DNA from: a virus
Taxonomy: Duplodnaviria > Caudoviricetes
IMG/VR virus record: IMGVR_UViG_2919450847_000005
Span: 19,130 to 83,129 of that record
DNA: 64,000 nt
Strand: one strand, 5' to 3'
In this document: one piece after another, positions 56,096 to 64,000 of the stretch
Layout: each line of letters starts with the position of its first letter
How positions within the stretch are numbered: position 1 is the stretch's first letter
Made by a program: the position numbers and the translations under genes
The notes under the pieces: generated by a model
Databases searched by the model: none
Told to the model about the DNA's origin: nothing
The model's input: only the letters and a program-made list of their open reading frames with translations

Positions 56096-56125
56096 CAAAA
56101 AAGCCGCCCAGCGGGCGGCGGACGG
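56096..56125 (-). terminator. Rho-independent terminator after the beta-helix gene
   Basis: Minus strand GCCGCCC-N4-GGGCGGC-TTTTTT. Confidence 0.65.
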
Positions 56126-56145
56126 GGCGGGCAGAGGGGCGCCGG

Positions 56146-58791
56146 TCAGGCGTTGCTGGTGAACGAGATCAGGTAGAGCAGGCCACCGCTCATGATGAAG
56201 GTCGCCCGGTCCTCGGCGGAGTCGAGCGTCAGGTTGCCGGTCATCCGCAGATTGCCGGTGTTCTCGGTCAGCGTCAGCGTGAACGCGCTGCTGTCCTTGG
56301 AAAGCACCAGCAGTTGCCCGTCGCGCAGACCGCTGATGGTGGCGACGTTGGCGTTGGCGGTGAGGGTGACCGCGGCGCGCACCACGGCGGCCCGGCTGGT
56401 GGACACCGCGACGCTGCTGCCGGATACGGTGACCGGGAAGGACTGGTCGCCGAAATTATTGCCGAACACCACCAGTTTGAGGGTGCCGGCATCGGTCTTG
56501 GCGGTCGGCACCGTGCCGCGCTCGCGGTTGTCGACCAGTTCGAGGTCGCCGGCCGTCGACCAGCCGCCGGTGGCGGTGGCGTTCAGGCTCAGATGCGCCG
56601 TGCCGATATTCTCGAACTCATTGTCGAGCACGCGGATGTTCTTGACCTGCTCGCCGGCGGCGCCGGTGTGCAGCACGGCGACATTGCCGTTCTTGAGCCG
56701 GTTGCCGCGGATCACCCAGTTGGAGCCGTCGGTCTTCGCCGGGATGTTGCCGGCGATGATCGGATTGGTGGTGGTCAGGCCGGTGATGTCGCAGCCGGAG
56801 ATTTCGACATTGCTCTGGTGCCGGCCGAAGAACGTCACCGGCTGGCCGCCGACGATGGTGCAGCCGCGCACGATCAGCCTGTCGAAGGACTGGTGGGCGA
56901 CGAGGCCGGGAGCCGTATCGCTCTGCCCGCGGAAGCTGCAATTGACCAGCTCCACGGTGCCGACCGACGGGTCCTCGCTATAGGCCGAGGGATCGTCATA
57001 GTCGGTGATGCCGGTGCCGACGCCGCTGTCGAGATCGACCGCCACCCAGCGGACATTCTTGCCGCGGATCTGGCCGCCGGACATTGCCCGGCCGATATGG
57101 CCGATCAGCTCGACATTGTAGGACTGGTGGCCGCCGGGCTGGGTGCGGCAGTCGATCGAATAGCCGCCGGTGATCACCACGTTCTGCGAGACGACGCCCT
57201 CGCTGAACGACGAGGCGTCATCCGCCCAGCCGGTCACCGATGACGCGCCGAGATCGATCGCCCGCCGGCAATACTCGCCGATCGGCGAGACGATGGAGGC
57301 GCGGCTGCAACCGCCGATGCTACGGCCATAGAACCACCGGCTCGTCGGGTTGGTGTTGGTCGGGTCGCCGAGCTTGCGGCCGACGGTCTTCGGCGTATCG
57401 AGGGAGAGCGAGGCGCAGAGCGCATAGGCGATCGAGCCGCCGGGGAAGTTTTCGACGCCGGTATGCTCATCGCGGACATGGGCAAAGAAGCGAATGGCGA
57501 GGAAACTGGTGCCCTCATTGGCGTCCAGCTCGCCATGACCCGGCCCGACCCCGCGCAGGCCGGCGAGCACGAAATGCCCGGCCATGACGATCTTGCGCAC
57601 ATTCACCGTGCCGCCGGAGATCGGGTAGCCATGCGACAGCGGCGTGCCGGTCGCCATCACGTCGGGCGAGCTGTTGGGGTTGCGGATCTGCACCAGCTCG
57701 CCCTTGTACTGCACGCCGAAGCCCGATGCGCCGGTGATGCCGTTGAAATAGTCCCAGGTCGAGGTCACCGCGACCCAGTCGCCGACGAGGAAGCCGTCAT
57801 TGTTGACGACGCTGAGCGACGAGCCGTTCTGGGTGGCGTCGGCCTTGAGAGTGGTCTTGGTGACGCCGTCATAGCCGGGCCCGTTCACCGCCAGCCAGGG
57901 CAGCGTCGTCTCGTAGCTGGAGCCGGAAAGGTCGACAACGCCGATCCCGAGGCCGTCGATCTCGAGGTCTGCGTTCTGCGGGATGCTGATGCGGAGGCCT
58001 GGAAGCACGCACACATAGCGGCCCGGCATTTCGACCCGCAGCCGGGTCAGCAGCGGCGCGGCCGGATCCATCAGCGTGTTGATCCGCTTCACCAGCCGGG
58101 TCATGGCGTTGTCGTCGTTCGTCTCGGTGCCGCCGGTGTCGTAGCGGCCGCGGAACATGTCGGGGCGCAGCACCCCGTCCAGCGGGACCGGGAGATAGGT
58201 CGCGCCCATGATCGGCTGCTGGCCCTGCTCGAGGAATTCCTTCAACGAGACATCGTCGAGACGGCCGTCGAAATTGGAGGAGCCGACGATGCGGATCTGG
58301 TTCTCGCCCGGCTGGGCGGTGAAGACGATGTTGCCGTCGCCGCTGCCGCCGGTGCCGACGATGCGCGCGGTGCCGCCATGCGGCGAGCCGGCGATGTTGG
58401 GGTTGCTCACCACATAGGCGGTCCAGCCGCCGCTACTGCGCCCGGAAATGTCGAAGCGCAGGCGATAGGGCTTAAAGGCGTCGAGCGCGAGCGCCTTGGA
58501 GGACAGCGTCTTCACGCCGGAATTCGGACCGAGATGGTCGGGCGTGACGCTGGGCGGGGTGGCCTGCCAGGTCCAGACGGAAAGATACCAGTCGACTGAG
58601 GGATCGGTGGTGAAATCGCCATTGACGAGGATTTCGGGGCCATCGATCGGCATCGCCGAGCCCTGGAGCTCGAACAGCGTTTCGCCGCCATCGCCAAAGG
58701 CGAAGCGGCCGCCGATGCGCACCCGGTTGGGCAGCGGGCTGGTGGGCGCGGCGGCGCGGGCGTCGGCAAGCGTGGGGAAAGAGGCGTCCAT
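56146..58791 (-). CDS. Right-handed beta-helix (pectin lyase/tailspike-like) protein with a CBM-like domain
   Basis: GDGG motif; ILVNGDF...W jelly-roll-like segment; repeated I-x-G/N-x-x-I beta-helix rungs; no signal peptide. Confidence 0.75.
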   Translation of the reverse strand: MDASFPTLADARAAAPTSPLPNRVRIGGRFAFGDGGETLFELQGSAMPIDGPEILVNGDFTTDPSVDWYLSVWTWQATPPSVTPDHLGPNSGVKTLSSKALALDAFKPYRLRFDISGRSSGGWTAYVVSNPNIAGSPHGGTARIVGTGGSGDGNIVFTAQPGENQIRIVGSSNFDGRLDDVSLKEFLEQGQQPIMGATYLPVPLDGVLRPDMFRGRYDTGGTETNDDNAMTRLVKRINTLMDPAAPLLTRLRVEMPGRYVCVLPGLRISIPQNADLEIDGLGIGVVDLSGSSYETTLPWLAVNGPGYDGVTKTTLKADATQNGSSLSVVNNDGFLVGDWVAVTSTWDYFNGITGASGFGVQYKGELVQIRNPNSSPDVMATGTPLSHGYPISGGTVNVRKIVMAGHFVLAGLRGVGPGHGELDANEGTSFLAIRFFAHVRDEHTGVENFPGGSIAYALCASLSLDTPKTVGRKLGDPTNTNPTSRWFYGRSIGGCSRASIVSPIGEYCRRAIDLGASSVTGWADDASSFSEGVVSQNVVITGGYSIDCRTQPGGHQSYNVELIGHIGRAMSGGQIRGKNVRWVAVDLDSGVGTGITDYDDPSAYSEDPSVGTVELVNCSFRGQSDTAPGLVAHQSFDRLIVRGCTIVGGQPVTFFGRHQSNVEISGCDITGLTTTNPIIAGNIPAKTDGSNWVIRGNRLKNGNVAVLHTGAAGEQVKNIRVLDNEFENIGTAHLSLNATATGGWSTAGDLELVDNRERGTVPTAKTDAGTLKLVVFGNNFGDQSFPVTVSGSSVAVSTSRAAVVRAAVTLTANANVATISGLRDGQLLVLSKDSSAFTLTLTENTGNLRMTGNLTLDSAEDRATFIMSGGLLYLISFTSNA

Positions 58792-58804
58792 TTTTGGTCT
58801 CCAA

Positions 58805-58830
58805 ACAAAAAAGGCCGCCTCGCGGCGGCC
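58805..58830 (-). terminator. Terminator immediately upstream of the beta-helix gene RBS
   Basis: Minus strand GGCCGCC-N4-GGCGGCC-TTTTTT, then GGAGACC and ATG. Confidence 0.65.
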
Positions 58831-59370
58831 TGTTGCGTTGATGGGTCAGAGAAGGAAGGAACCAGCGGCGGGAGGCCGGCCTCGCGGTGCGGCCGTCTCC
58901 AAGGCGATGGGTAGGAGCGTCCGGTGGGAACCGGGGGAACTCGCGTGCTCGCGAAAATGGCGCGGGTTCGATCACCCCCAGGCACCCGTGCGTCTGCGGT
59001 CGGACAGCGGGCCGGCCGGGGAGATGTCACCGTTGCGGGGCTGCTTTTAATTTGCCGGCGAATATAAAGGGACTACGCCGAGCGGGGGCTGTTCTTCCGG
59101 AGCGGGGGAGCCGTGTGGGTTTCGGGCTTGCGCGGCAGGTGCCGCGCGTGGATTGCTGAGGGCGATCACCCCGGCTCGGCCGACCGGTCGAGGAGAGGAA
59201 CGGTGCGCCGGTCGCTGAGGCAAGGGCCTTGTGAGGCGGCGAAGACGAACGGCTGGAAGCCGACGGGCGGTTGCGGCCGTCAGCCGTTCACCCGCCCTTG
59301 GTGAGGGCGTGATGTCGATGGAGACGGTGCGGTCTCCAAGCTATCGCCGCCGCGGCAAGTGAGGTTCTAC

Positions 59371-59405
59371 AAACAAAAAACCCGGCGAGCCAAAAGCGCG
59401 CCGGG
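59371..59405 (-). terminator. Terminator after the putative late regulator
   Basis: Minus strand CCCGGCG...CGCCGGG-TTTTTT. Confidence 0.6.
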
Positions 59406-59461
59406 ACAAAAATTCTCACTCTCTCATTTCGCCCTTAGGATATGTCGAGGGCCTCATGATG

Positions 59462-60115
59462 TCAACTGCCGTCGTCGTCGAAAAGCCGGCTATCTGAATC
59501 CGCATCGTAGGTCGCCCGCCCGACGCGCGGCCGGGCAGGGCGCGTTCCTGTCGCGGCTGCGGTCGGCTCCGCCGCCGCCAGCTTCCACAGCTTCGCCAGC
59601 GCCGACAGGCCCGTCCTCAGCGCCGCGACATCGGCATCGGCTTCGACATCATGGACCACGACACGGCCAACCACCGAGGCGACCTGCTGCCCGTCCGGCA
59701 GCGCCTGCAGCACCGCCCTTGCCGCAGCATATTGCCGGTCCAGGCGGCGGCGGCGAGCTTCCCCGCCCTCCGTGGCGACCCGGCAATCGGCGAAGGCGTC
59801 GCCGCCGCCCAGCCGGCCCAGGGCGGATTCCACACCGCGGGGGGCAGAGATCGCCCGCCGATAGGCGGCGACCAGTTGGCGGTAGTTCTGCCCGGCGGTG
59901 AATTCGGGTGCGGTGATGGCATTCGAGAGCAGCAGGCGGCCGAGTTCGCTCTCGGCGAGCTGGCTGCGGCGAAGGCCCTTGGGCAGTCGGGCGCGATGCG
60001 GCTGGGCGAGCGCCACCGCCATGGTCTCCTGTTCGGCGGCGCTTTGGGCGGCCTTGGAGCGCGACAGGCGGCCGGAGGCCGTGCGCGGGCGATTGCTTTG
60101 CTTGCGGCGTGCCAT
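59462..60115 (-). CDS. Putative phage late-gene regulator (DUF6456-like)
   Basis: RTASGRLSR...SELGRLLL...ITAPEFTAGQNY, typical of alphaproteobacterial phage regulators; resemblance only. Confidence 0.6.
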   Translation of the reverse strand: MARRKQSNRPRTASGRLSRSKAAQSAAEQETMAVALAQPHRARLPKGLRRSQLAESELGRLLLSNAITAPEFTAGQNYRQLVAAYRRAISAPRGVESALGRLGGGDAFADCRVATEGGEARRRRLDRQYAAARAVLQALPDGQQVASVVGRVVVHDVEADADVAALRTGLSALAKLWKLAAAEPTAAATGTRPARPRVGRATYDADSDSRLFDDDGS

Positions 60116-60385
60116 CGGCGTTCTCCGAGAATGTCCAGGCGCGCCGGAGCCCGGCGGCGCGGGAGCATGAGCAGGGGATTTCGGTGTTGCGGCCGGCGCC
60201 GGGCGCGGTCCTGTGCTGCCCGGTCATGACGGGCAGCGCGGCCCGGCAGTTGACGAGCGATGTCGCGGATGGCCGGGATGCCGGCATGTACCGGGCGGCG
60301 CGGATCATTTACGCGCGGCGGTGCCTTCCGCTTTCCCGGCTTGGCGGGGCGCGGCGCGCATCCGCGAAAGCAGGGCGAGGGGATC

Positions 60386-60862
60386 TCAGCTGTCGCTTTC
60401 CGCTGCCGATCCGGTGCGGGCATAGGCGTGCCAGGCCGCGGGCCGGATCACCCGGCGGGCATGCGGCTCGCACCAGGACCGGCCGCGACGCATGACCGGG
60501 GCACCACAGCATAGCGCCGCGCCATGCTTCGTCTCGCCCTCGATCCAGGCGCATTGGAAATCGGTACGGGCGAGCAGGGATACCGGCGGATGGAGCGGTG
60601 GGTGGCCGGCCTCGTTAGGCCCGACCGGCGCCAGCGATGCCGGCGTCGGCGCTGCGGGCTTGGCGGCTCGTACCGGTCGGGGTTCGCCTTGGCCGGGCTC
60701 GCGCTGCCGGCCGCCGCCATCACTTTCTTCCGGCGGCGCTGCCCAGTCGGTCCCCTCGGGGAGCGGTGATTCGAGGAATTGGGCCTCGGAATCGAGCCAG
60801 TGGTCGTGTCTGGCCAGCCAAGTATCGAGGAAGGGGGTGAAACGCGCCATGTCGCTTGCCAT
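60386..60862 (-). CDS. GcrA-like protein (C-terminal domain only)
   Basis: SLLARTDFQCAWIEG...CCGAPV...SWCEPH. Confidence 0.7.
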   Translation of the reverse strand: MASDMARFTPFLDTWLARHDHWLDSEAQFLESPLPEGTDWAAPPEESDGGGRQREPGQGEPRPVRAAKPAAPTPASLAPVGPNEAGHPPLHPPVSLLARTDFQCAWIEGETKHGAALCCGAPVMRRGRSWCEPHARRVIRPAAWHAYARTGSAAESDS

Positions 60863-60874
60863 CTCGTTTCGAGT

Positions 60875-60937
60875 GATGCAAAACGTATCGTAGCAGTCGA
60901 TGCGATTTGTATCAATGCATGTGATACGATTTGCATC
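60875..60937. promoter_or_regulatory. Three palindromic operators GATRC-N5-GYATC spaced 24 bp apart
   Basis: GATGCAAAACGTATC 60875; GATGCGATTTGTATC 60899; GATACGATTTGCATC 60923. Confidence 0.85.
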
Positions 60938-60957
60938 GAGAGTCGGGAGGGCTGGTG

Positions 60958-61578
60958 ATGGACATGGCGGAAAGGCTGCGCTGCGCGCGCGAGGCGGCGG
61001 GCTACAAGAGCGCGGCGGAGGCGGCGCGGGCCTTCGGTTGGAACGAGGTCACCTACCGTGCGCATGAGAACGGCGTGCGCGGGCTCAAGCGCGAGGCGGT
61101 CGACAAATATGCCCGCGCGCTGCGTGTCTCGCCGGTGTGGCTATGGTCGGGCGAGGGGACGCCGGACAAGCGGAACACCGTGCTGGTGCTCGGCTATGTC
61201 GGCGCCGGCGCCGAGGTGTTCACCATCGATGATCACAGCAAGGGCGACGGTTTGGAGGAGGTCGAGCTCGATTTCCCGGTGCCTTATGGCAGCATCGCGC
61301 TGGTGGTGCGCGGCGACAGCCAGTACCCGATCTTCGAGGATGGCGACCTGATCGGCTACCATGAGCGCAGCGAGGACCCGACCTTCCTCGTCGGCCGCAT
61401 GTGCATCGTTCGCCTGCTCGACGGCCGGACCTTCCTGAAGCGCCTGCGCAAGGGCGCCGGGCCGGGCCTGTTCACGCTGACGAGCGCCAATGCCCCGGAT
61501 ATCGAGGATGTGCCGGTGGAATGGGCGGCGCGCTACACATTCCATATCCCGTCCTATGCCTGGCGGAAAGAGCGCTGA
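60958..61578 (+). CDS. CI/LexA-like repressor (HTH plus S24)
   Basis: RLRCAREAAGY...HENG; VGAG; VRGDSQ; TFLKRL. Confidence 0.92.
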   Translation: MDMAERLRCAREAAGYKSAAEAARAFGWNEVTYRAHENGVRGLKREAVDKYARALRVSPVWLWSGEGTPDKRNTVLVLGYVGAGAEVFTIDDHSKGDGLEEVELDFPVPYGSIALVVRGDSQYPIFEDGDLIGYHERSEDPTFLVGRMCIVRLLDGRTFLKRLRKGAGPGLFTLTSANAPDIEDVPVEWAARYTFHIPSYAWRKER

Positions 61579-61710
61579 TACGATTGGTGTCGAGTTGATC
61601 GGACTTCACAAAATGAATTGCCGCGGGGCCGATGGCTCCGGTCGGATCGCCGGGACCGGTGCGGTGGCCGGTCGGATTGATCGGCGGCGGCGCCGCGCTA
61701 GTCTGGTCCC

Positions 61711-62418
61711 ATGTGCAATCTCTACAGCCTGAAGACCAACGCCCAGGCGATCGCCGACCTTGTCGGAACGCTGGACGAGCGCGCCGGCAACATGCCGCCG
61801 CAGCCGGCGATCTTCCCGGACCAGCCGGCGCCGATCGTTCGCCGGGCGGCGGGCGGCGGGCGCGAACTGGTCCGCGCCCGCTGGGGCATGCCGCCGCCGC
61901 CGCATTATGGCGGGCCGCCGGTGACCAATATCCGCAACCTCGGCTCGACGCATTGGCGCGGCTGGCTCGGCCCGGCGCATCGCTGCCTGGTGCCGTTCAC
62001 CTCGTTCTCGGAATATGCGCCGGAGCCCGATCCGGCGACCCGGCGGCGCGACATCGTGTGGTTCGCCCTTGGCGAGCAACGGCCGCTCGGCTTCTTCGCC
62101 GGCCTGTGGACGCCATGGCACGGCCTGCGCGGCACTCGCGCCGAGCCGGTGGCGGGGCCGCACGAACTGTTCGGCTTCCTCACCTGCCCGCCCAATGCGG
62201 TGGTGGCGCCGATCCATCCCAAGGCGATGCCGGTGATCCTCACCACCGCCGAGGAGCACGACGTCTGGCTGCGGGCGCCGTGGGAAGAGGCCAAGGCTCT
62301 GCAGCGGCCTCTGGCGGATGACCGGCTGTCGATCGTCGCGCGCGGCGCGGCGAAGGAAGACCCGCCGGAGACCGAGCCGACGCCGCGGCCGCCGCCGCGG
62401 CAGATGTCGCTGTTCTGA
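61711..62418 (+). CDS. SOS response-associated peptidase (SRAP/YedK/HMCES)
   Basis: N-terminal MCN; RWGM; TNIRN; [11 protein letters not shown]; [10 protein letters not shown]. Confidence 0.93.
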   Translation: MCNLYSLKTNAQAIADLVGTLDERAGNMPPQPAIFPDQPAPIVRRAAGGGRELVRARWGMPPPPHYGGPPVTNIRNLGSTHWRGWLGPAHRCLVPFTSFSEYAPEPDPATRRRDIVWFALGEQRPLGFFAGLWTPWHGLRGTRAEPVAGPHELFGFLTCPPNAVVAPIHPKAMPVILTTAEEHDVWLRAPWEEAKALQRPLADDRLSIVARGAAKEDPPETEPTPRPPPRQMSLF

Positions 62419-62440
62419 GCCGCCGGCCTGCGGCGAAACG

Positions 62441-62468
62441 GAATGCCCGGCGCGGCGGCCGGGCATTC
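62441..62468. terminator. Hairpin between convergent SRAP and tctA genes
   Basis: GAATGCCCGGC-N6-GCCGGGCATTC. Confidence 0.7.
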
Positions 62469-62488
62469 GCTTTGGATGGGCGGTGTCG

Positions 62489-64000
62489 TCAGTCCTCGTC
62501 GCCGCCGACCGGCGCCTTGCGGCCGGTGATGAGGTAGAACAGCAGCGGCCCGAACAGGGCGAGCGCGGCGAGCGCATAGAGCGTGGCGGCGATCGGGCTC
62601 TGGAACAGCACCAGCGGATCGCCGACGCTGATGGCGAGCGCCCGGCGCAGCTGCTGCTCGGCGAGCGGGCCGAGGATGAGGCCGACCACCACCGGCGCGA
62701 TGGGGTAGTCGTAGCGGCGCAGCACATAGCCGAGCAGGCCGAAGATCAGGAGCATGCCGAGCTCGACCAGCGACGGGTTGGCGCCGAGCGTGCCCAGGGT
62801 CGCGAAGACGAGGATGCCGCCATAGAGCCAGGGCCGCGGGATTGCCAGCAGCCTTACCCACATGCCGACCAGCGGCAAATTGAGGATCAGCAGCATGATG
62901 TTGGCGATGAACAGCGAGGCGATCAGGCCCCAGACCAGGTCCGGATTGGTGGCGAACAGCAGCGGGCCGGGATTGAGGCCATATTGCTGGAAGCCGGCCA
63001 GCATGATCGCCGCCGTCGCCGAGGTCGGCAGGCCGAGGGTGAGGAGGGGCACCAGCACGCCGGCCGCCGCCGCGTTATTGGCCGCCTCCGGCCCGGCGAC
63101 GCCCTCGATAGCGCCGTTGCCGAACTCGTCCGGTTTCTTGCAGAGCCGCTTCTCCAGCGCATAGGAGAGGAAGGTCGGAATTTCCGCCCCACCCGCCGGC
63201 ATGGCGCCGATGGGGAAGCCGAGGAAGGTGCCGCGGATCCACGGCCACCAGGAGCGCTTCCAGTCCTCCCTGTTCATGAACACCGAGCCCTTCACCGGCT
63301 CGATCACCTCTTCCGCCCGCGATCCCGCCGCCGCTACCGAAAGGGTCTCGCCGATGGCGAACAGCGCCACCGCCAGCGTCGTCACCTCGACGCCGTCGAG
63401 CAGGTCCGGCACGCCGAAGGAGACGCGCGCCTGCCCGCTCTGCAGGTCGATGCCGACGAGACCGAGCGACAGGCCGATGAAGAGCGAGGTAAGCCCGCGC
63501 GTCACCGAGGAGCCGAAGGCCGCCGACACCGTGGTGAAGGCGAGGATCATCAGCGCGAAATAATCCTCCGGTCCGAAGGAGATGGCGATGTCGACCACGG
63601 TAGGGGCAATGAGCGCGAGGCCCACGGTGGCGATGGTGCCGGCGACAAAGGAGCCGATGGCGGCGGTGGCGAGCGCCGGTCCGCCGCGCCCGGCGCGAGC
63701 CATCTTGTTGCCTTCCAGCGCCGTGACGATGGACGAGCTCTCACCCGGCGTGTTGAGCAGGATCGAGGCGGTGGAGCCGCCATACATGCCGCCATAATAG
63801 ATGCCGGCGAACATGATCAGCGAGCCGGCCGGGTCGAGCTTGAAGGTGATCGGCAGCAGCAGCGCCACGGTGAGCGCCGGCCCGATACCCGGCAGCACGC
63901 CGACCGCGGTGCCGAGCATGACGCCGAAGAAGGCGAAGACGAGGTTCATCGGTTGCAGCGCAACCAGGAGCCCCTGGCTGAGAGCGGCGAATGTATCCAT
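62489..64000 (-). CDS. tctA: Tripartite tricarboxylate transporter permease (host gene)
   Basis: [35 protein letters not shown]. Confidence 0.95.
   Translation of the reverse strand: MDTFAALSQGLLVALQPMNLVFAFFGVMLGTAVGVLPGIGPALTVALLLPITFKLDPAGSLIMFAGIYYGGMYGGSTASILLNTPGESSSIVTALEGNKMARAGRGGPALATAAIGSFVAGTIATVGLALIAPTVVDIAISFGPEDYFALMILAFTTVSAAFGSSVTRGLTSLFIGLSLGLVGIDLQSGQARVSFGVPDLLDGVEVTTLAVALFAIGETLSVAAAGSRAEEVIEPVKGSVFMNREDWKRSWWPWIRGTFLGFPIGAMPAGGAEIPTFLSYALEKRLCKKPDEFGNGAIEGVAGPEAANNAAAAGVLVPLLTLGLPTSATAAIMLAGFQQYGLNPGPLLFATNPDLVWGLIASLFIANIMLLILNLPLVGMWVRLLAIPRPWLYGGILVFATLGTLGANPSLVELGMLLIFGLLGYVLRRYDYPIAPVVVGLILGPLAEQQLRRALAISVGDPLVLFQSPIAATLYALAALALFGPLLFYLITGRKAPVGGDED

Larger units (their letters stand above)
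54799..61578. mobile_element. Second, capsid-less phage-derived module (regulators, beta-helix enzyme, lysis genes)
   Basis: Outside att; repressor with operators, GcrA-like, late-regulator-like, lysozyme and holin-like genes; no structural genes or integrase. Confidence 0.7.

Noticed and set aside
58795-59340. Three minus-strand TTGGAGAC copies
   Set aside because: One is the real RBS; the others lack a following start and may be chance or vestigial.
1-64000. CRISPR array, DGR or retron
   Set aside because: No regularly spaced repeat-spacer array, no reverse transcriptase motifs and no TR/VR pair found by eye.

Overview
Most of a temperate, contractile-tailed (P2-like baseplate, lambda-like portal/terminase) prophage in a high-GC alphaproteobacterium (probably Hyphomicrobiales). 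Left to right: head/baseplate genes on the minus strand (1-12634); a ~19 kb plus-strand accessory region (14108-32665); a minus-strand replication/regulation operon (32643-39105); a cI/cro switch; a plus-strand recombination/methylation operon ending in xis/int; and an att site, the 3' half of tRNA-Val(CAC), at 54387-54431. Beyond att is a second, compact phage-derived module (repressor with three operators, GcrA-like protein, putative late regulator, beta-helix enzyme, lysozyme, holin-like protein), then an SRAP gene and host tctA. Main observations: (1) ten divergent small paralogs with a shared W-x-F...L-x-F...R-x-F core and a conserved C-terminal helix are interleaved with a DUF3150-like gene, a MoxR-type AAA+ ATPase and a HExxH/VWA gene; (2) a CCCC-N-ATG(G)C-N-GGAGAC leader motif recurs about ten times before accessory gene blocks; (3) GTAC-N5-GTAC operators occur at three distant loci; (4) several structured ncRNA candidates; (5) a capsid-less repressor/enzyme/lysis module that may work as an inducible lysis-release system. 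All family assignments come from motif recognition, not database searches.
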